Shown piece after piece: positions 37,619-50,584 of a stretch of DNA of 64,000 nt. Both the position numbers and the translations under genes were made by a program. Origin of the DNA: Phaeosaccion multiseriatum (lineage: Eukaryota; Protista; Ochrophyta, other classes); the NCBI GenBank assembly GCA_965112735.1, contig OZ218961.1, positions 434,001-498,000 on the forward strand, written 5' to 3'. The notes below the pieces were generated by a model that saw only the letters and a program-made list of their open reading frames with translations, did not search any database and was not told the origin of the DNA. The first letter of the stretch is position 1. Each line of letters opens with the position of its first letter.

Positions 37619-40059
37619 ATGGCGACCGAAGCACCAAAGGGCACGCTGAAAGTCACAGGTGAGAAGGCTTTATCACCAACTCTGTCTTTCCTCTCTTCGT
37701 CGCTCCGACTCTTGGGGTCACATGTGTTGAACTGCCGTCTCCCCCACCCCTCTGTCTTGCCTCTTTCTTCTCCCCCCGCCGCACCCAGTGAACTCTGCCC
37801 TGAATCTTCGAGCAAAGAAGAAGAAGAGCAAAGGTACGATAGCAAGAGCTGCTGCTGCTGCCTCCGCACTCTTCCTCTGGCTGGGTTGTTGGATGGCTTT
37901 TGTCGCTTGGGCGGGGTACGTCCACGCCAGCGTCAGAGCCTTTGGCCTTGTGTCCCCCTGTACCTGCTCGTGTGGCGTGGTTTCCATCTCACTTCCCATC
38001 CACACCTTTCCCCTCTCCCTTCTCTCCCCTCTCGTCTTTTGCACGTACGTACGCACGCACACACAACCCGCGCCCTCACCTCCCATCTGACACCCTGTAC
38101 CTTAGCCACTGATCAACAGCAGCCTACCGAGGTCGAGTTCAAGACCTACCCTGTCGTGACACTGAAGAGGACGGGAGAGAAGCAGGAGGGAACCCCCATC
38201 GCAGGGACGGACCCGAAGTGGAATCAGTCCTTCGAGTTCAAGGGTGAGTGGGTGGGTGGGTGATTCATTGAGTGAGTGAGTGAGTGAGTGAGTGAGTGAG
38301 TGAGATGGTGAGTGAGTGGGTAATTGAGGGAGTGACGGAGTGAGTGAGTGGGGATGGGTAGGAAAGTGAGGGAGTCGGGTGGGGAAAAGCCGCGAGGGTC
38401 GAGGCGACGGAATGTTCCAGATGCATCTTGTCTCAGTTTGCATGCGTCAACGGCGAGAGGAAAGACGCACTCCGGTTCCGTTCCATCTCATAAATTACTT
38501 ACTGTACGTTTGCGGTTGTTTGTATGTGTGTGTTTGCAGCAACGCTCGACAAGGACGACGTCATCGGCGTGGATATTTTTGAGAAGACCCCTGGGGGGAG
38601 TTCGGACAACATGTTGGGAAGCTTTGTGGCGAAGGTGAGCAGAAGGTCGAAGTGTGCGTGTGCGTTGCGTGATATTGAAAGAGGTAGACAAGGTCGAGTG
38701 GCTTGAGTGGCAGCGCTGTCCTTTTCGACACTCGCCACCTATGATAGAGGATGGGGTGTGTTTTGTGTTTTGTAGGGGCCTCATCAAGGAAGAGTGTTTC
38801 TCTGCGAGAGGGGAGGTGAGAGCTTCTCCTGTTATTCTTGTCCTGGCCTTTGTTCCTGCCCTGCTGTGGGGAAGATGCAGAAGATATGACAGGAAGAAAT
38901 GAAAGTCAACTCATTTGATGAAGTGAGCATGGCGAAATGCTTTCACCCCATCTCTGTGCCAATGCGCCCTCCCTTATGATGCCCGTGCCGAATGATTTTC
39001 TCACGTTCGCCCCACCTATACCCCATCCCCACCCCACCCCATCCACTGCCACCCCTCACTTAGGGCGTGAACTATGAGTCAGATGAAGGCTGGTACGACC
39101 TCAAGCCTACCTCCGGTTCCTTAGCAAAGGCAGACAACAAGTCAAAGGTTCACATCTCGATCGAGTACAAGTCAGTTTCCGCAGAGGCATCCCTGACGGA
39201 TACCAAGGACGCCATCGTGGACGGGGCCAAGAGGGCCATGGAGGAGGCCAAGGCCAAGAGCAAGAGCGTCGTTGAGGAGGGCAAGGGTGTTGCCACCAAA
39301 GCCAAGGGCGATGTCAAGGATGCCGTGGAGAAAGCGACGGGCGAGGTGAGCGGCGCGGTGGATGAGGTGAAGGGCGCTGTGGAGAAAGCGAAGGAGGTGA
39401 GCAGCTCGAGGCGTGTACATGTATAAGGCGAGGGGCAGGGGCGGGGGGCGGGGAGAGAAGAAGGGAGGGAGGGAGGAGAATGGGGGATGAGGGTGAGTGA
39501 GGGGTTCATTTCTCTCCTCCTCTCTCTCTCCTCGCACACTACTCCTTTTATCTCTTTTTCACGCTTCTTTTGCTCTCTTCCCCCTTCCTCTCTCTCCCTC
39601 TCTCTCTCTCTCTCTCCTCCCCTTTCCCTCTGTGCAACAAAAAAACAAATGCAGCAGAAGGACTTTTTCGACCGCAACTTGGGCAAGCTGAGCGGACCGC
39701 GGCATCAATGCCTGCGCTCTGAGTGGTACTACGAGAACTGCAAGGGTGCGTACCGCTTCATGTCTGAGGTGCCCGTCATTGGTCTCTTTGCGCCCGTGGT
39801 GGAGACCGTGGCCGAGACTGCTCTGAGCATCACCCCGTTCGCCAAGTCGGAGCCCGAGGAAGGGGGGGAGGTGCTCAAGTCGGTGGAGAAGCTAGACAAG
39901 CGATTCACGGTGAGTGAGTGAATGAGTGAGTGAGCGAGTGGGCTCTTGCGTGTGTAAGTAAAGAATGAGTCTGTTGGGCGCTCGATGCCCCATGTCCAAG
40001 CGATCGCCACCCTCTACGATCGGACATGCATGCACATGCACCGCGCACTCATTCCGTAC

Positions 40060-40110
<51 letters not shown>

Positions 40111-40657
40111 CACGCACGCACGCACACAAACACAGGGGGCACTGAACGGACTGGACAATGCGCTGGACAATGGCAAAGACTCGTGCATCGACGGCGTGCT
40201 GTCCGTCAAGGACAACATCAAAGGCTTCAACCCGGACGACAAGCCCGTGCACGAGGCGGTGTTGGATGTTGCCTGGGAGGTGCCAGGCAAGGCGGCAGGA
40301 GCAGTAACCGGTGCCGCCGGCGCCGTGGGGCACGCTGCCTGGGAGACGCCGGGCGTGGCGGTCGGGGCGGCAGGCACGGCGGTCGGAGCGGTCACAAGTG
40401 CAGCGGGAAGCGCGTTGGAAACCGCCTTGGGGATTCCCGGCAAGGCGGTGGGAGCCGTTGGTGGCGTCATTGGCGGTGTCTGGAGCTCGCTCACGGGTGG
40501 TGGGGGTAAAGAGGCGGACAAGAGTGCCGAGGAGAAGGACAAGACCACGGCGGAGAAGGAGAAGGAGAAGACGCCCGAGGAGACTGCCGCCGCACCCAGT
40601 GAGGGAGAGAAGAAGAGTGCCACAGCCATCAGCCCGCCCGTTGAGGCCCAGGTTTGA
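37619..40657 (+). CDS. C2-domain protein followed by LEA-like and Gly/Ala-rich amphipathic regions
   Basis: Exons 37619-37658, 37789-37833, 38106-38243, 38540-38634, 39064-39396, about 39655-39909, and 40136-40657. C2 signature: GTLKVTVNSALNL...TDPKWNQSFEF...VDIFEK...DNMLGS...GWYDL...VHISIEY. Confidence 0.8.
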
Positions 40658-41644
40658 GTCGACATGGCATGGATTTGGCCGTCTGTATCACTCACCCTGG
40701 CTGAACTTGAATGCTGACCGACTCATTCGCGGGAGTGGAGTGAAGAGAGGACGAAGAGGAGGAGGAGAGGAAGCGGGGGAGTCAGCACAGCAGCAGCCCA
40801 GAGTGGCGAGATGGCATGAGTAATTTTGAAACATGATGGCGGAGGGGGAGGGGGGGAACACAGAGGAGGAGGCGGAGACAGGCAGGCAGTGAACCTCTTT
40901 AGCCTACACATTGTAGCGAATTTTTCAGTTGGGATTTCTTTTGATGAGGGGACGGGTTCAGCGACTGTGTATACCTCTTCGCGCCAGCGCACTTTTTCTT
41001 TGGTTCTTTATTCACATGGTGGAGGAGGGACGGGCGGGGAGAGAGAGGAAGGGAAGGAAGGCACACAGCGTATGATCTGTCTTTTGCTCTTCTACGCATT
41101 TTTTCGGTGTATTTTTTTCGTGTTGATAGTTTGATTTTGGTTCTGGGAGGGTTTTCCTTGTGCATGGTGGGGGGGAAGGGGGGTGTGGTACGGCATAAAG
41201 GTGGGTATATAGGTCAAGGGTCGGGGTGGATGGACCGGTGGTCGTGCGGTAGCCTTCCCGTGACCCATATGCCTACACTTGAGCGGGGGGGGGGGGGGGA
41301 GGGGTAGCGAGGGAGGACCACGCGTCGCTTCCTTCCTTGTCACTCTACTCATTGATCTTATGTTGATACACATGGTACATTCTAATACAAGTTTTGAAGA
41401 GAGCGGAGGGGGGGGGGAAACCTTTATGGAGCTTTGCATGCCCGCACGTTCGCAAGGATTCGAATGTCCAACACACGTGTCACAGATGTTTCCCTCCGAA
41501 AACCCAAATACCCCCCTACTTGACATCCATAGCAGCGGACGCAGCAGAACTTCGAGGAGAAGTAAGAGATTCGAAGGGAGAGGAAGCCCAATCCTGAGCA
41601 CAAGCACAAGCACAAGCACACGAGGGCAGAGGGGAGAAGGAACC

Positions 41645-42530
41645 ATGTCGCTGTTTGACGAGCACAGAGACGCCGCCACGACGGCCATCACACAGGTAGA
41701 TCGATGGCCCCAAGGGATGAATGCCATCTCCGACTGGAGCTCATAGCAACCACCCCCTCTTCTTTCTCTCACTCAGTGCTCAATGCTCGCTATCCGATGC
41801 TGTTTTTCACACTCGTTTCCCGTCCCTTAACGCTGCTCCTCTCGCATTCTGTGCACTCTCTTGCTAAGGTGGTTGCTGGTCATTTGAGTGGAGTGAGGTA
41901 CTCCGTCGAGAGTGTGGAAGGGTGGTGCGAAGCCATCAGTCAGGCGGCAGTGCAGGCCTTGCAAAAAGAGCTCCTTCCAGCCAACTACAAGTGCACAGGT
42001 ACCGATTTTTTTTGTTTTTTTTAATTCTGTTTCATCACAATAATGTCGTAGTGAAGAGAAGCTACCCATGCTCTACCTCAGCTCCTCAAAGCGTCCACCC
42101 CATCACCACTACCAGCTTTTCTTGTTCCCCACTCGTCTTCCGAAGGAGGACACGCCGACCAGATGTGCTCTCGGGGCCTTCCAAGACCCCAGCCACCCCC
42201 GTGCACTCTTCCTTCCTGCTCTACCGTGTGCCTGCCCCATCCGCACCCTCACCCCTTGCCCTGCCATTCACTTTTCTTTAACCTCTCCTTCTCCCTCCCC
42301 CCCTCCCTCTCTCTCCCTCTCCTCTGTGTCCATCTGCTCTCTCCTCCCCCTCCCTCCCCTCCCTAGCGACATGTACGATCGTCCAGCGAGTGCAAGGCAA
42401 CCCATGTCACCTCACAACAAGCTCAGCAGCAATGTGGTGCTCGGAATCAGATGGAGTCATAAAGGTCCGCTGGGACGGAAAGAAGGAGCTGCTCACTGCC
42501 ATCGTGGTGGTCTTCGGCCTCGCTACCTGA
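41645..42530 (+). CDS. Dynein light chain, Tctex-1 family
   Basis: Exons 41645-41695, 41869-41998 and 42367-42530 give 114 aa: LSGVRYSVESVEGWCEAI...NYKCTATCTIVQR...AMWCSESDG..VRW...AIVVVFGL. Confidence 0.88.
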
Positions 42531-43960
42531 CACCAGTGACTCACTACCCGGCCCACTGCACCCACCGTCCGGAGCCGACGAGGGCTGTGCAATGCCTTCC
42601 ACATACTTCCTCTTTCTCCACACGTCTCCATCCCGGTGCTCTGCCATGGCCAGGCGAAAGGGCGTCACAGTTGGATTGTGATGGTCCTTCGCTCTGCGGT
42701 AAGCTTCTTCTCTTTCCTTTCTCCATGTGTATATGTGTGTGTGAGAGAGAGAGTGAGAGTGCGTGCGTGCGCGCGCGCGCGACTCTGGCTCCCTCCCCCC
42801 CCCCCCCCGGAGGAGGGAGGGGTGGGCGTTGGAGGCCTGCTGTGGCGAAGTGGAACTGACCTTCGCGGGGCTCATATCGAACCCCCCTGTCCCCTATCCA
42901 GTGTACAATGGGCAGGGCATGCCTCAGACGCGACGATAAGACTGGACGACGGTTTTGCATGCGGTGCTGATGTCTGTTGGGGGTACTTGTATCTGCCTGT
43001 CTGTCTACGGTTTTGCGCGTCAAAGCGTGTGAGTTGCTTTGGCCTGCGGAGGCCTGCCGAGGGAGTGGGTGGGGGGGATGGGTGGGTTGTGTGTGTGTGT
43101 GGCGCTTGTCGCCCTTCTCCGATCATTCTCCGACCGTTCTCCCCCCGCCCCGGAGCTCTGTGTGTGTTTTTTTCCATTTTTTTTTTTGAAGTAGTAATGC
43201 GTGTGGAAGGAGAGAAAAGAAGTGGAGGGGCCGCTGTTCATGTGCTGTCTTTGTTCGGGGATGTAAGAGACCCAATCAGGAGAGGGGAGGGGAGGGGGAG
43301 GCATCATACTGGAGGAAGGAGGGAGGGAAAGAAGGAAGCAACAAGATGGGTTTTGATGAGGGGATGGGTAGTTAGAGGGAAGGATTGGGGATCATCCAAC
43401 AGAGAAGAAGAGAGAAGAGGACAAGGGGAGGGAAAAACAAGAAACACAACGACAAATGGCAGCACAATACGCACGAATGCAATACAATCATTTCATTATC
43501 CTATTTCTTCGGCTCTCGTCACTGCCCTGTTCTCCCTCCTCCCTACACCCCCTATCCTGCTCCTCCTCATCCTCATCCTGCTCCTGTCGTACACATGTCA
43601 TCTCTCCGACACACACACATCAATTCACGCCATCCTCCAAGTCCTCTCTCCTCCCCACCCAACATCAACACAAACAGCGCCGCTTCCATCCGATCTGATT
43701 GCTCCGATCATACGAAGATGCTCTGCCCAGTCTTGGTCCTCGCACATTCCCCTCTCACAGCAGCAGCAGGTAGCAGCAGCACCGATGGCAACCGACGGGA
43801 CGTCGTCTCCTCGCCCTACGCCGTCTGACGTGTCTCCTTCTCCCCCACTTAGCTGCATCAAGCACTATGTACTACGTCACCACGAGCGTGGCATAAAATA
43901 AGGTTCACACAAGAAAGAAGGCCAAAAGCTTTTAAAAAAGCTTCCTTCAGGCTCGAAGCT

Positions 43961-44207
43961 TTATTTCTCGAGTGATGCGATCCACTTCTCCTCGGACCCC
44001 GGCTTCTCCAACCACTCAAAGAACGCATCACCGGAGGGGATCTCCTCACTGGAGGAGGCGGGATCAGAGGGAGTGGCGATGGTCTCCACCTTTGGCTCTG
44101 TCGGGCGAGTGAGAAGAGCAGCAGCACAGCATCATCATTGTCAGGCAAGGTCGGGGGGGCGGGAGGATGTGGGGTTGTGGAACACTGTGGATTGGGGGGG
44201 GGGTAGG

Positions 44208-44261
<54 letters not shown>

Positions 44262-44939
44262 ACCGCATCCCCCCCTTTCGGCCCCTCTGTCTCCTCTGGG
44301 CCTCCCCCCCTCCCTCCTCCTTCCTCCACGGCACTCACTCACCCTCCTTCTTGCCACGCGTCAGCTTGAAGAGCGCGTAGATGCCGAAGTAGCCGCCCAT
44401 GATAGCACACACCATCTGCGCGCACAAAACCATTGGAATCGATCGCAAAGAGAAGGAAAGAAGAGGGGATGGGGGAGGAGGGGAGCCAAATACGAGTTAA
44501 GAGAGGGCACGATGTTGCGGGGGGGGGGCTGGGAAATAGACATGAACCACTGTACACGAGAAAGAAAGGGCCCATTCAGCCCTCAGCCCCGGGAGCCATT
44601 GCAGCTCGTGATGAAACGAGAGGAGACCGAACAAAGGAGGGAGGGGAGACGGGGCAAAAAACTGCAGAACAGGGCCAAACGAAACCCACTCCTCACGCCC
44701 AGCAGAACGCCAACCTTGCATTTCTTTTCCTCACACAGCTGCCCCCCTCCCCCCCCCGCCCCCCCCTCCTCTCACTAACCCACCTTTGCGTCCGTGTTAA
44801 GCACGCCTCGCACTTTCTCCTCGAAGCTGCCTGGTGGCGGTGCCGTCTTGGCCCCGCCCCCCATACTCCTCCTCTGCATCTGCGCAAGTCGCGGCCGGGC
44901 CACGGCCCCTGCCCTCGTAGCTGCTCGAACGGCAAACAT
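43961..44939 (-). CDS. 121-aa mitochondrial single-TM protein (possibly an ATP synthase subunit k/DAPIT-like accessory subunit)
   Basis: Exons 44784-44939, 44343-44415 and 43961-44097 are in phase. Presequence MFAVRAATRAGAVARPRLAQMQRRSMGG; TM MVCAIMGGYFGIYALFKL; C-terminus EIPSGDAFFEWLEKPGSEEKWIASLEK. Missed by the ORF track. The family call is tentative. Confidence 0.7.
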
Positions 44940-45511
44940 GGTCTTGTTCTTCTCAACTTTTTTTGTGACTTTTGCCCGTAGTCTCTTCTCCCAAGCCCTG
45001 CCCTCAGCAATGGCCTATCGCTTAGGCCTGGGCTGTCGTGCCCCCCCCTCGAGATACTTCTCGATCACGGAAGGCTTGCGAGAGGAGTGCTTGTTAGAAG
45101 CCTGGGTGAGGAGGGAAGAGGGCACTGGCGTCACCCAAAGAGCAGGACCAAACAGCAGCAACGAGAAGCGCAGCACAGCAGGGCTTGTACCCGCGCCTTC
45201 GTGGAAGACTTCCGTGAAAACTTGGCTCTTTTGGCCCCATTCAAGTTCGCCACGGAGACATATCCTGCAAAAGAAGCCGCCAGCTCACTGTTATGAGGAC
45301 CACCGACTACTGAAGGGAGTAGGCGTCACTGCGACAAAGCAGGCGGTGGAGGGCAGACGTCGGCCCGGCACAGGGCCTCGGCCTCATACCGTGCAGGTCT
45401 GTACGCCGCAGAACAGGAGTTCATGGACACGTCTTTGCTGGGTAGTGCTTGCCAAGGAGCGTAGGGGCAGTGAGAAATATACTTCACTTGGAAGGAGAGT
45501 CCTCAACTGTT

Positions 45512-45706
45512 ATGGAGGAGGAACATTCCTCCGATTCCTCCCCCGCCCCCTCGGCCGGGTGGGGAGACCTTTTTCGGTCCACGGGGGCAAGTCTCTACAG
45601 CATGATAGAGAGCGGCGCCACCATGTTTGGTGACATGTTGGACACAGAGAAGAGATCTGACGAGGTGCAGCCCGGAGGGAGAGAGCTCACCGGAGCGGGA
45701 ACAACA

Positions 45707-45737
<31 letters not shown>

Positions 45738-46847
45738 GGGAGCGTGTTGACTACGGCACCAACAACAGTTGCAGTAGTAGTACGCGAGCAGACTACGGCA
45801 CAAACAACAGTTGCAGTAGTGGCAGGAATATTGACTTTGGTACAAACAACAGTAGCTGTAGTAGTACGCGAGCAGACTTCGGCACAAACAACAGCAGTAG
45901 TAGCAGCAGGAATATTGACTTTGGTACAAACAACAGCAGTAGTAGTAGTAGGCATGTTGACTTTGGTACCAACAATAGCAGTAGTAGTACCAGAACCAGT
46001 GTGAGCCTCGGCAGCAACAGCAGTAGTAGAAGCAGCACCAAGGCCGCGCCCTCATACTTGGCGCCCTTGCCTCCTTCGACTTGGAGTCCAACTACCACTT
46101 CTACTGCCACCATCGCTGCCTCTCGGGTGTATGGGCGTGTGTATGGAGCACCAATGTCTTCTGATGCTGCTGCTCCTGCAGACAGTCCTCTTCAGACTAG
46201 GGAGATGGAAGCATCGCTCCTCTCTGGTGGCGCGGCGGAGAGAGAGAGAGAGATAGGAGAGAGTCCGCAGCCTCTTGTGGGTCGTCCTTTGCCGCTGGTT
46301 GTGGGGATAATGCGCCATTCCGTTCGCTTGGATGGGCGGCTTGAGCAGCTCGAGGAGGGGGAGAGAGGGCAGGAGCAGGGGCAGGAGGGGGCAGGGGATG
46401 AAGAGAGGGCACAGGCGCGGAGAGCGAAGAAGAAGGAGAAGAAGACAATGAAGAAGGAGAAGAGGGAGAAGCGTGGGGAAGGGGGGGGAAGGGAGCACAG
46501 TGGCGGAGAGGAGAAGCAGGGTTGCAGTAGGCGCGATGGGGAACGGCAGCAGCAGCATCAGCAGCAGGAGAAGGAGGAGGAGGGGGAGGAGGAGGAGGAG
46601 GAGGAGGAGGAGGAGGAGGAGGAGGAGGAGGAGGACGAGGATAGGGGAGGGGGGGAGGAGGAGGAGGAGGAGCAGCTGGAGTGCCTTCCTTCAGAGCTTC
46701 TTCTGCGCGAATTTCCCTGGCAAGACAGACACACGCGTCCCTACGACACACCCATCTGTGACTACACACTCCCGGCCGCGCAGGTGTGTGTGTGTGTGTG
46801 TGTGTGCCTTTGTTCTTGTTCTTGCGCTCAGCCCCTCTACTCTTTTT

Positions 46848-46878
<31 letters not shown>

Positions 46879-48950
46879 CCTTGCTCCCTTGCTCCCTTCC
46901 TTCCTTCCTTCCTTCCTTCCTTCCTCCCTTCCTCCCTTCCTTCCTTCCTTCCTTCCTTCCTTCCCTTCTCCTCCCTGTCGTAGCTCCCCCTCGCGTCTGT
47001 CTTCATAGGGCGGCCTTTCCCCTGTCTGCTCAATCATGTTCACCACTCGCTTACTCACCTACCCTCACCCCCCTCTTGCTCTTGACTCCCTATGTGTGTG
47101 TTTATCACCCTCAGGCCGCGGCCATCTCATCCAAGGACCACACCTTTGATGTGATCCTCTGTTCCCCCTTTCGCCGGTGCCTGCAAACAGCCGGAGTAGT
47201 GGCGGCACGGCTTGGCATATGGGAAGTTGTCGTACATCTTGGGCTCGGAGAGAGGATGGACAAGGTGAAACAGGACATGAGGGAGAGTCAGAGGCACATT
47301 CAGAGTCAGCGTCAGAGTCAGCAGGCGCGGTCAGCAACCCCACCAGCACCAGCACTAGTACCACCAGTACCACCAGCTCCAGCACCAGTTGGTGATACAG
47401 CAGCACTCCGTGGAGGTGAGCAGATGAGCTCCTCTGGTGGTGGTGGTGGTTGCATTGCTCGCATTAAGGAGGAGGAAGGGGGAGGGGGTGTGGGTGGCGG
47501 TCTCTCCAAGGCCAGGGAGGAGGCGAGACGTTGTAGCCGCGATTATAGCAGCAGTAGCAGAGGGGGTGGTGGTGGTGGTGGTGGAGGAGGAGGCCCAAGA
47601 AAGGCGGATGGCGAAGAAGGGGAGGAGAGCAGCAGCAGTGACGACGCGCCGTCGACCTCGCCCTTGGGTGAGGCCCCTCTTCCTCCCCTGCCTTGTTTTG
47701 CGTACGTGGGGGGGGGAGATATTGCAGAGATGGAGCGAGAGTTGAATAGTTACGCTCTCCATCTGGAACAAGACGAAGGCAAAGAACAAGAACAAGGAGG
47801 AGGAGGAGGAGGAGGAGGAGGAGGAGGAGAGGAAGGAGGCTCACAAGAAGGAGAAGGACAGTTAGCACCTACGGCGGCTGCGGATCGTCGTGGGGGGTCT
47901 GGGAGCGAAGTTGAGGAGGGGCGCAGCACCTCACAGGGGCGGAGGGAGCGGCGGCAGGAGAGGCCATTGCGAAACGACGACTCCTCCTCCTCCGGCGGAC
48001 CCCCCGGGGAAACAGCAGTGGCGTTTAGCAACCACAACATCAGCAGGTGGAGGCATACGGGCAGCAGGAAGCGCGTGCGCGTGCGAGAAGTGCGGGGGCA
48101 GCAGCCCGATGAAGGAGAGAGTGGCCCCGACGGAAAGCAACGCTACGTTGACCTCATCCGGGCTCTGGACAGCGGAGAGGAGTTCTTCGATTTGTTTGAG
48201 TCGGAGGAAGACGACGACGAAGAAGAGGAGGAGAGGGAGGAGGAGGAGGAGGAGGAGAAGATGTACCAGGAAGGGGATGGCACTTCACGCCGTGGTAGGT
48301 CCCCACGCGGGGGGCACAGCGCACCCCCTGGGAGCAGGCGGGAGCACAGAAGAGCCACTTTCAGTCAAATGCATGATGAGGAGGGTGGTGATGATGATGA
48401 TGATGATGATGATGATGGTGATGATGGGCTAAGGAGGAGCATGCGCAGGAGCCGAAGAGGGCAGAGTGAGCACTGTGCAGGGGACGTACTTTGGAGAGAG
48501 GAGCACTGTGGGACGCAGGATTTGCACCACAGCAACGGGACGACGGGGTACGCAGAGCACCAAGGCGAAGGTGTTGGTGGGGCACACAGAGAAGAGGAGG
48601 GGCATCACGGTCGAAGGAAGCGAGGAAGAGGAGGACAGCCACAGCGGCGGCAGGAAGAGGAGGAGGAGGAGGGTTTTCATCCGAAACAAGACGAGCAAGG
48701 CGGAGAAAGGAGAAAGGACGACCGTCATGGTCAGCGGCAGGGGCAAGAGCAGGAGCAGGGGCAGAGAAGAGCGAGGAGGACGCGCAGGAAGGTGTTGGTG
48801 ATCGGCCATGGGGACATGCTCGACGCTGCTGCCGACGGTTTCGCAGGGCAAGTAGTGTATGAGGCGGATTTCTGCGCTTGGGTGGTGTTAGACCTTACTA
48901 AGGGGGAGCTGGTGGACACCTACGGGGTACAAACCATGCCGCTGTTCTAG
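45512..48950 (+). CDS. Histidine phosphatase (phosphoglycerate mutase-like) superfamily protein with long low-complexity insertions
   Basis: Exons 45512-46783 and 47115-48950. Motifs: IMRHSVRLD, RPYDTP, CSPFRRCLQTA, GLGE, VLVIGHGD. Confidence 0.85.
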
Positions 48951-49173
48951 ACCAGTTGGTTCAACGGGAGACGGCAAGGCGTCTCTCTGTTTGGACACGG
49001 TTTGGGGTTGGGTACCCGTGCCGTCTTCCCTCCTACTGAAGAGCCGCAGTTGGTGGTACGGGAGTTGGTTGTACGGGAGACCTTTCTTGCTGGGCACGTT
49101 TGGGGTGAGCCGTGCCGCTCTTCCGGCTACACCATGAGGACGAGGGGAAGGAGGAGGACGAGGAGGACGAGGA

Positions 49174-49204
<31 letters not shown>

Positions 49205-49351
49205 AGGAGGTTGTCATACTCTTTCAGCAGTTTCTCCAACGGCAAGACATGACCGACCAATGCCTACACGCACATCACTAGCTTGCGTATCAACACCGAG
49301 TCGGCTGGTTGTACGACACACACACACACACACGCACACACACACACACAC

Positions 49352-49388
<37 letters not shown>

Positions 49389-49530
49389 GACAGAGAGAGA
49401 GAGCATCTCCGCCTGGGCTGCTTTCCTCGCGAGTCCAGGAAGGAAGGCCACGTACCACATTACTGCTTGCCCCCCTGCCTGCCTGGGTGGAACTGGACGT
49501 CCCTGTTCTTTTTTTATTCTATTAAAATTA

Positions 49531-49753
49531 ACACTCGATTTGCGTAAGAATCGCCCAAATCGCCCGTTTTTTGTGCTCTTGCAGAAATGCTGACAAGCAG
49601 GGAAGGGAAAAAGCGATGAAAGCCGAAAGACTATGTGTCGGTAGGCATCTCAAAGAGTTACACGAAGAGCTATAGCGCTCCTCCCAGCGTCATTTTGCGG
49701 AGTTCGTGCAAAAAATGGGGGCGATTTGGACGATTCTTAAACAAATCGAGTGT
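49531..49753. mobile_element. Non-autonomous TIR element (MITE), possibly piggyBac-like
   Basis: The left end ACACTCGATTTGCGTAAGAATCGCCCAAATCGCCC matches the reverse complement of the right end, ACACTCGATTTGTTTAAGAATCGTCCAAATCGCCC. Flanks are AT-rich, with TTAA at the left junction. Confidence 0.75.
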
Positions 49754-50047
49754 GTTTTTTTAATTTTTAATTTTAAAAAATTAAATTAAAAAAAACTAAC
49801 TATTAACAATGATAAATGATGCACGTTAACGCCAGCAGCGGGGGTACAGTTGACAGTTGGTGTTGTGAGCACACGTCGGTTTAAGTTCCCCCGTCCTAGA
49901 GCTGAGTGTGGATAGTAGATAGAGGTCCGTTCAGTTTCAGTTCATTTGACCCAAAATCGATACCGAATCGCAGTACGATATCAATCCAAGGACCAATCAC
50001 ATGCTTGTGCTGTGTGCGTGTGAACTATCCAAACTGCCACCGTAAAC

Positions 50048-50271
50048 ATATCCATCCATCCATCCATCCATGCATGCATCCATCCATCCATCCATCTATC
50101 CATCTATCCATCCATCCATCCATGCATCCATCCATCCACCCATCCATCCATGCATCCATCCATCCATCCATCCATCCATGCATCCATCCATCCATCCATC
50201 CATCCATCCATCCATCCATCCATCCATGCATGCATACATGCATCCATCCATGCATCCATGCATCCATCCAT
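50048..50271. repeat. (CATC/CATG)n tetranucleotide microsatellite
   Basis: Directly visible. Confidence 0.9.
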
Positions 50272-50584
50272 TGGTCGGTCTATCTCTATCAGTGTTCCTC
50301 CTGTGCTTTGTGCTTGTGCCTCTCTCTACACACATGCATATGCATCACCACAGTCCTGATCGCCTCGTCTTCCTCCCTCATCTCTCTCTATATATAGGGG
50401 GTGATAACTCACTCACTCACGCACTCACGCACCCACTCTAACGCACTCACTCAAAATCGCACTCCAATCGTCTCACACATAATCTTACGTATGTATGGGG
50501 GGGGGGCACTACACCATAACACCATACCATCAATTCATCCGTCTAACTCTAATTCAACTTCACTTACTCATGTTCTAGTTCCAT

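Noticed and set aside
42636-43901. 421-aa plus-strand ORF
   Set aside because: It has low-complexity, UTR-like composition between convergent genes and no motifs.
49033-49500. Possible small minus-strand gene (MVGHVLPLEKLLKEYDN...)
   Set aside because: I found no recognisable motif or consistent exon chain; it is probably the 3'UTR of the phosphatase.
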